Part shown: positions 59,233-64,000 of the stretch, piece by piece
Layout: the number at the start of each line of letters is the position of its first letter
Numbering within the stretch: position 1 is the first letter of the stretch
From: Ruminococcus sp.
GTDB taxonomy: Bacteria > Bacillota > Clostridia > Oscillospirales > Ruminococcaceae
Assembly: GCA_024697545.1 (NCBI GenBank)
Contig: JAILFN010000034.1
Location: 14,831-78,830, forward strand
Reading direction: 5' to 3'
Length of the DNA stretch: 64,000 nt
Translations under genes and position numbers: made by a program
Notes under the pieces: model-generated
Database searches by the model: none
The model's input: the letters and a program-made list of their open reading frames with translations, nothing else
What the model was told of the DNA's origin: nothing

Positions 59233-59331
59233 GCTTCCGTTGACTGATTAACGCAAAATTCATAAAATCCTTTTGTATATTTTACCCATTTTCCGCCGAT
59301 AATCCTTTTTGAAAGTACATTTGGGCGGACT

Positions 59332-59457
59332 TGTTGAAAAAGAAAGCTGTCGGAATTGCAGAAAAACAGCCTACTTTTAAACATTTTCAACCGACTTTTC
59401 AACACAAACGGTGTTTAAAACCGAGTTTCAACAGAGTTTTCAACACAGGGTTGAAAA
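59332..59457. repeat. cluster of eight TTTTCAACA-like 9-mers (DnaA-box-like)
   Basis: Copies at 59332(rev), 59375, 59384, 59396, 59412(rev), 59425, 59437 and 59449(rev), each with 0-1 mismatch to TTTTCAACA. Confidence 0.7.
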
Positions 59458-59493
59458 CTCTCCGCCGCCGAGCAAGAGGGAGTCGAACGGGAA

Positions 59494-59748
59494 ATGATCA
59501 AAGGGATAAATAAACAAATCATCGAGATAAAATGTACAGATGATGAATATTTTGAAAAAGCTCTGTTATTTGTTCGGGCTGAAAAATGCACCGAGCCTTA
59601 TGAGCTTTTAGAAAGCTGCGCCCGCGATTACTGCGTCAGATTGTCACGCCCGCGGCACAGAAACGTCAGAAAGATAATGGCTGCGATACTGCTCTCGCTC
59701 GCCCTCATGACGGCGGCTGCTGCCGTACTTTTTCTGCTTATGACATAA
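59494..59748 (+). CDS. small hypothetical protein with C-terminal TM helix
   Basis: MIKGINKQIIEI...YFEKALLFVR with hydrophobic tail; directly upstream of rlmB. Confidence 0.65.
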   Translation: MIKGINKQIIEIKCTDDEYFEKALLFVRAEKCTEPYELLESCARDYCVRLSRPRHRNVRKIMAAILLSLALMTAAAAVLFLLMT

Positions 59749-59762
59749 AGGAGAAGCACTTA

Positions 59763-60557
59763 ATGCCCAAACACTATGAAAAATTCAACGGCGGACGCCG
59801 CGAAGAGAACGAGGGTGCGGACAAGACCCTCATCTGCGGACGCAACGCCGTTACCGAAGCGCTGAGGTCGGGCGCTAATATAGATACCCTTTACATCTCA
59901 AAAACGGGCGGCGGTTCGCTGCCGAAGATATCCGCGATGGCTTCAAAGCTGGATATCCCCGTAAAGCAGGTGGACGACCGAAAGCTTGATAATATGTGCC
60001 GCGGTGCAGCTCACCAGGGCTGCGCTGCGATGCTCGGCTGCGCGGAATATTCCTCGATAGACGAGATACTCGCCGACGCGGAGCAAAAGGGCGAGCCGCC
60101 TTTCATAATAATCTGCGATGAGATCGAAGACCCGCACAACCTCGGCGCGATAATCCGCACCGCCGAGACCGCCGGCGCTCACGGGATAATAATCCCCAAA
60201 AGGCGCAGCGCTTCGCTCAATTATACCGTACATAAGACCTCGGCGGGCGCTGCGAGCTGGGTCAAGGTCGCAAGGGTGCCGAACCTCGCGGCGGCGGTCA
60301 GGGAGCTGAAGGAACACGGCGTATGGGTGTACGGCACCGATATGGACGGCGACGACGTATACTCCACCGACCTTACGGGCGCTGTTGCTCTCGTCATCGG
60401 TTCAGAGGGCTTCGGAATGAGCCGCCTTATGCGTGAGAGCTGCGATTTCCTTATAAGCATACCAATGTTCGGGAAGATAAATTCACTTAACGCTTCGGTC
60501 GCGGCAGGCATATGTATGTATGAAGCCGTGCGGCAGAGAAAGAACAAACTCAAGTGA
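59763..60557 (+). CDS. rlmB: 23S rRNA (guanosine-2251-2'-O)-methyltransferase
   Basis: GRNAVTEAL, HQG, EDPHNLGAIIRT, GSEG, SLNASVA (SPOUT). Confidence 0.92.
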   Translation: MPKHYEKFNGGRREENEGADKTLICGRNAVTEALRSGANIDTLYISKTGGGSLPKISAMASKLDIPVKQVDDRKLDNMCRGAAHQGCAAMLGCAEYSSIDEILADAEQKGEPPFIIICDEIEDPHNLGAIIRTAETAGAHGIIIPKRRSASLNYTVHKTSAGAASWVKVARVPNLAAAVRELKEHGVWVYGTDMDGDDVYSTDLTGAVALVIGSEGFGMSRLMRESCDFLISIPMFGKINSLNASVAAGICMYEAVRQRKNKLK

Positions 60558-60593
60558 CCGCTGCGACGGAACAAAAAGAAGGTGTAATGATAA

Positions 60594-62873
60594 ATGGAGG
60601 ACAACAAAAACCATTTGGGCAATCTCTCCCTTAACGATATACTTGATGAATACACGCCGAAGACCAACTCCGAAACGGCTGATGACAGCGATATAGACAA
60701 GATCGTGTCTGAGGTCACGGGCGATCCCGAGCCGCCAAGACCGCCTCGCAGACCCCCTTCAAGACCGACGGCATCAGACCGTCCCGAGATAAGCTTCGGG
60801 GGTGCGAAGCCTAAGCCTGCGGGAAGAGCCGCCGACGAGATACGCTCGCTTGCAGAGTCTGTGCCCGTTTCGGCGAAAAAACGGCAGGAGCATACCGAAA
60901 CGCCCGAGCCTGCCATACAAGAACAGGCGGCATTACCCGCCGAGGTCGGGCAGACTGAGGCTCATCCCGCTGCCCGCGAGTCTGTGCGGGAAAACTTCGG
61001 TACATATGAAGAACGACCTGCTAAGACCGATGAAAAGCCTTACAGAAACGAGCGCAGCCGCGGTGCCATGTTCACCATGCGGACTTCCGACGACGACGAC
61101 CGCAGGAAAGCCGCGACAACGCAGAAGGAATACACAAAGCGCGGCGAAGAATCGCTTATCACCGAACAGATCCAGAAGCTGAAAAGCAACCTGACAGTAA
61201 GAGCCGCGGTACTCCTTGCAGCTTCGCTGTTCAGCCTGTTCATAACCGTTGCCAACGACCTGAAGCTGCCGCTTGCAGCCGTCTTTGACAGAACGGTCAA
61301 CCCCGCGGCGTTCATCTTCACAAACACGATACTCGGCATAGCCGCAATAGGTATGTCATACTCGGTAGTCACGCTCGGGCTGAAAAACCTGTTCAGGCTC
61401 TCTCCCGATTCCGATTCGGCAGCGGCGCTGGCGCTGATAACCTCCGTCGTGGGCGGAGTAGTGATGCTTTTCGACCCCGAGCCGCTAAAGGGCGGATACT
61501 TCCATGTATACACCGCGGCAGCGCTCTTGGGTATGCTGTTCAACACCCTCGGCAAGCTGAGCGTTATATCGCGTACACAGCGCAATTTTGAATTTGTAAG
61601 CAGGAACGAAAAGATATCAGCCGTTTCACTGGTCGATGACCCCGATACCGTTGCCTACATCACGAACGGCTCGGCGGGAAAACGCCGCGAACTCGCAGTC
61701 ATGCGGGAAACGGATCTTGTCCGCGATTTCATGAAGAACAGCTATTCTTCCGACATCGCCGACCTCTTTGCCGAAAAGACTACCCCCCTCGTGCTGATAG
61801 CCGCACTCGTTGTCGGCGGGCTTTCACTCGTATTCGACAAGCACGCGGAAAACACCCTGCAAAAGGCGTTCGTCCTGCTGGCGGCAATGTCAGGCACGAT
61901 ATCCCTCACGACCTCCTTCGCGCTCTCGCTTATCGCGAACCTGCCGCTAATGCAGGCGAGCAAGCGTGCGCTCGGGTTCTCGGGCGTGATACTCGGCTAC
62001 TCCTCGGTCGAGGAATTCGGCGACGTAAACTCCGTACTGATAGACGCGGAGGAGCTTTTCCCCATCGGGACTGCGGAATTCACAAACCTTAAAGTGCTCG
62101 GTTCATACACCATCGACAAGGCGATAATATACGCCGCGAGCGCTGCAAAAGCCTGCCGCAGCATTACGCAGCCCGCGTTTTACAAAATGCTGCGCGGCGA
62201 AACGGAGCAGCTTCACGCTGCCGACAGCGTAAAGATAGAGGACGGGCTCGGCTGCATCTGCCGCATAAACGGCGAATGGGTCATGCTCGGCTCACGCAAG
62301 CAGATGGAAAAGCACGGCATCGAAGGGCTTCCGCCCGAGAGCGCCGAGGACCGCTTCTCCACAGGCAACAGTATACTCTACCTCGCGGTATCGGGCCACG
62401 CGATGATGATGTTCGCCGTAAAGATAAAGGCGGGCAGGGCTGCCAAGCGCTGGGTGCAGCGGCTTGAGGACGAAAACATCTCGATGTGCATACGCTCGGG
62501 CGACGGCTTTATCGACCGCAGGCTGGTAGCTTCGGTATACGATATCGACCCTTCATCGGTGAGCATACTTTCATCCGAGCTTGACGGCGATTTTGAAAGG
62601 CTTACCGCCCCCGAAGAGGCTATCTCCTCCTCTATGCTCTGCTCGGGACACCTCCCGACGCTGGCTATGCTGTTATCTGCCGCAAAGCAGGTAAAGGCGG
62701 CGGCGAACATGGGCGTGGCGATACAGTACGGCGCACTGATACTCGGCGTGCTGATAAGCATCGTACTTATGATCGGCGGCGCGTTCCGTCAGATCACCCC
62801 GACCGTCACGATACTCTACGAACTGGCGTTCCTGATACTTACGCTTATCATGCAGAGGTTCAACAAGGTATAA
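60594..62873 (+). CDS. membrane protein with degenerate P1B-type ATPase domains
   Basis: Disordered N-terminus, about 8 TMs, P/N-domain remnants (SVLIDAEELF, EDGLG...INGEWVMLGSR, IRSGD) without intact DKTGT/TGES/GDGxND. Confidence 0.6.
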   Translation: MEDNKNHLGNLSLNDILDEYTPKTNSETADDSDIDKIVSEVTGDPEPPRPPRRPPSRPTASDRPEISFGGAKPKPAGRAADEIRSLAESVPVSAKKRQEHTETPEPAIQEQAALPAEVGQTEAHPAARESVRENFGTYEERPAKTDEKPYRNERSRGAMFTMRTSDDDDRRKAATTQKEYTKRGEESLITEQIQKLKSNLTVRAAVLLAASLFSLFITVANDLKLPLAAVFDRTVNPAAFIFTNTILGIAAIGMSYSVVTLGLKNLFRLSPDSDSAAALALITSVVGGVVMLFDPEPLKGGYFHVYTAAALLGMLFNTLGKLSVISRTQRNFEFVSRNEKISAVSLVDDPDTVAYITNGSAGKRRELAVMRETDLVRDFMKNSYSSDIADLFAEKTTPLVLIAALVVGGLSLVFDKHAENTLQKAFVLLAAMSGTISLTTSFALSLIANLPLMQASKRALGFSGVILGYSSVEEFGDVNSVLIDAEELFPIGTAEFTNLKVLGSYTIDKAIIYAASAAKACRSITQPAFYKMLRGETEQLHAADSVKIEDGLGCICRINGEWVMLGSRKQMEKHGIEGLPPESAEDRFSTGNSILYLAVSGHAMMMFAVKIKAGRAAKRWVQRLEDENISMCIRSGDGFIDRRLVASVYDIDPSSVSILSSELDGDFERLTAPEEAISSSMLCSGHLPTLAMLLSAAKQVKAAANMGVAIQYGALILGVLISIVLMIGGAFRQITPTVTILYELAFLILTLIMQRFNKV

Positions 62874-62994
62874 CATTCAGCAAGGCTGCCGCAGCGATAG
62901 CGGCAGTCCTTTTTTATTGTATCAGGCAGCAAAAAAGAGCCGATCTGTCGCTTTCGACCGGCTCTGATGTCTGATATTATTATGTGACCCTGCC

Positions 62995-63399
62995 TTACTG
63001 CCCCGAGCCCTTGATACGCGCCATCGCACGTTTCAGCGCCATCTGAGTGTGCAGGTACTGCTTTGTGGAAAGCTGCTGGCGCAGTCTCTCCTCGGCACGC
63101 GCACGCGCGGCTTTCGCACGGAGAACGTCTATCTCCTCGGGCTTTTCGATGGAATCCGCAAATACCTTGACGTACTCGGGCATGATCTCGACAAAGCCTT
63201 CGGAAACTATGGCTCTCTGCCACTCTCCGTCTACCTGAAACCTTATCTCGCCCTCAACAAGGCAGCAGATCATTGCTTCGTGACCCGCCATTACGCCGCG
63301 GCTGCCGTCGATCGAGGGGAATATTATATGCCTGCACTCGCCGCTGTAAAACTGTCTGTCGGCGGCAAGTATATCAAGCCTGAATGTCTTTTCAGCCAT
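62995..63399 (-). CDS. atpC: ATP synthase F1 epsilon subunit
   Basis: GVMAGHE, SEGFVEI, EEIDVLRA, ALKRAMARI; downstream of atpD. Confidence 0.92.
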   Translation of the reverse strand: MAEKTFRLDILAADRQFYSGECRHIIFPSIDGSRGVMAGHEAMICCLVEGEIRFQVDGEWQRAIVSEGFVEIMPEYVKVFADSIEKPEEIDVLRAKAARARAEERLRQQLSTKQYLHTQMALKRAMARIKGSGQ

Positions 63400-63405
63400 A
63401 AGCGC

Positions 63406-64000
<595 letters not shown>

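Overview
Chromosomal segment from a Ruminococcus-like (Oscillospiraceae) Firmicute, probably close to R. albus because one surface protein ends in a CBM37-type module. The core (16.4-32.7 kb, minus strand) is the complete S10-spc-alpha ribosomal protein cluster from rpsJ to rplQ, with its promoter and structured S10 leader. It includes the small rpmD and rpmJ genes that the ORF track misses. The left flank has a partial Cys/Met PLP lyase, an ArsB/NhaD transporter-cytidylate-kinase-like-ttcA operon, an ECF sigma/anti-sigma pair, yceG-like/flavodoxin/telA, DAHP synthase, and LTA-synthase-family, GH26-like and serine beta-lactamase-like genes. The right flank has nadB-X-nadC, intact sigK, an LRR-CBM37 surface protein, a Ca-type P-ATPase, a membrane-anchored HNH gene next to a macrodomain-HTH gene, GH43, an EAL protein, TetR/MMPL/heptad-repeat rod, serC-serA, a lipoprotein plus response regulator, rlmB, a degenerate P1B-ATPase-like protein and atpC/atpD (partial). 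No rRNA, tRNA, CRISPR array, integrase or transposase was seen. The best leads are a 161-bp foldback element, the membrane-tethered HNH nuclease, the MMPL plus long heptad-rod system, a cluster of eight DnaA-box-like 9-mers, the pseudo-P-type ATPase, and several long intergenic hairpins in the r-protein operon. All product calls come from motif recognition by eye; no searches were run.
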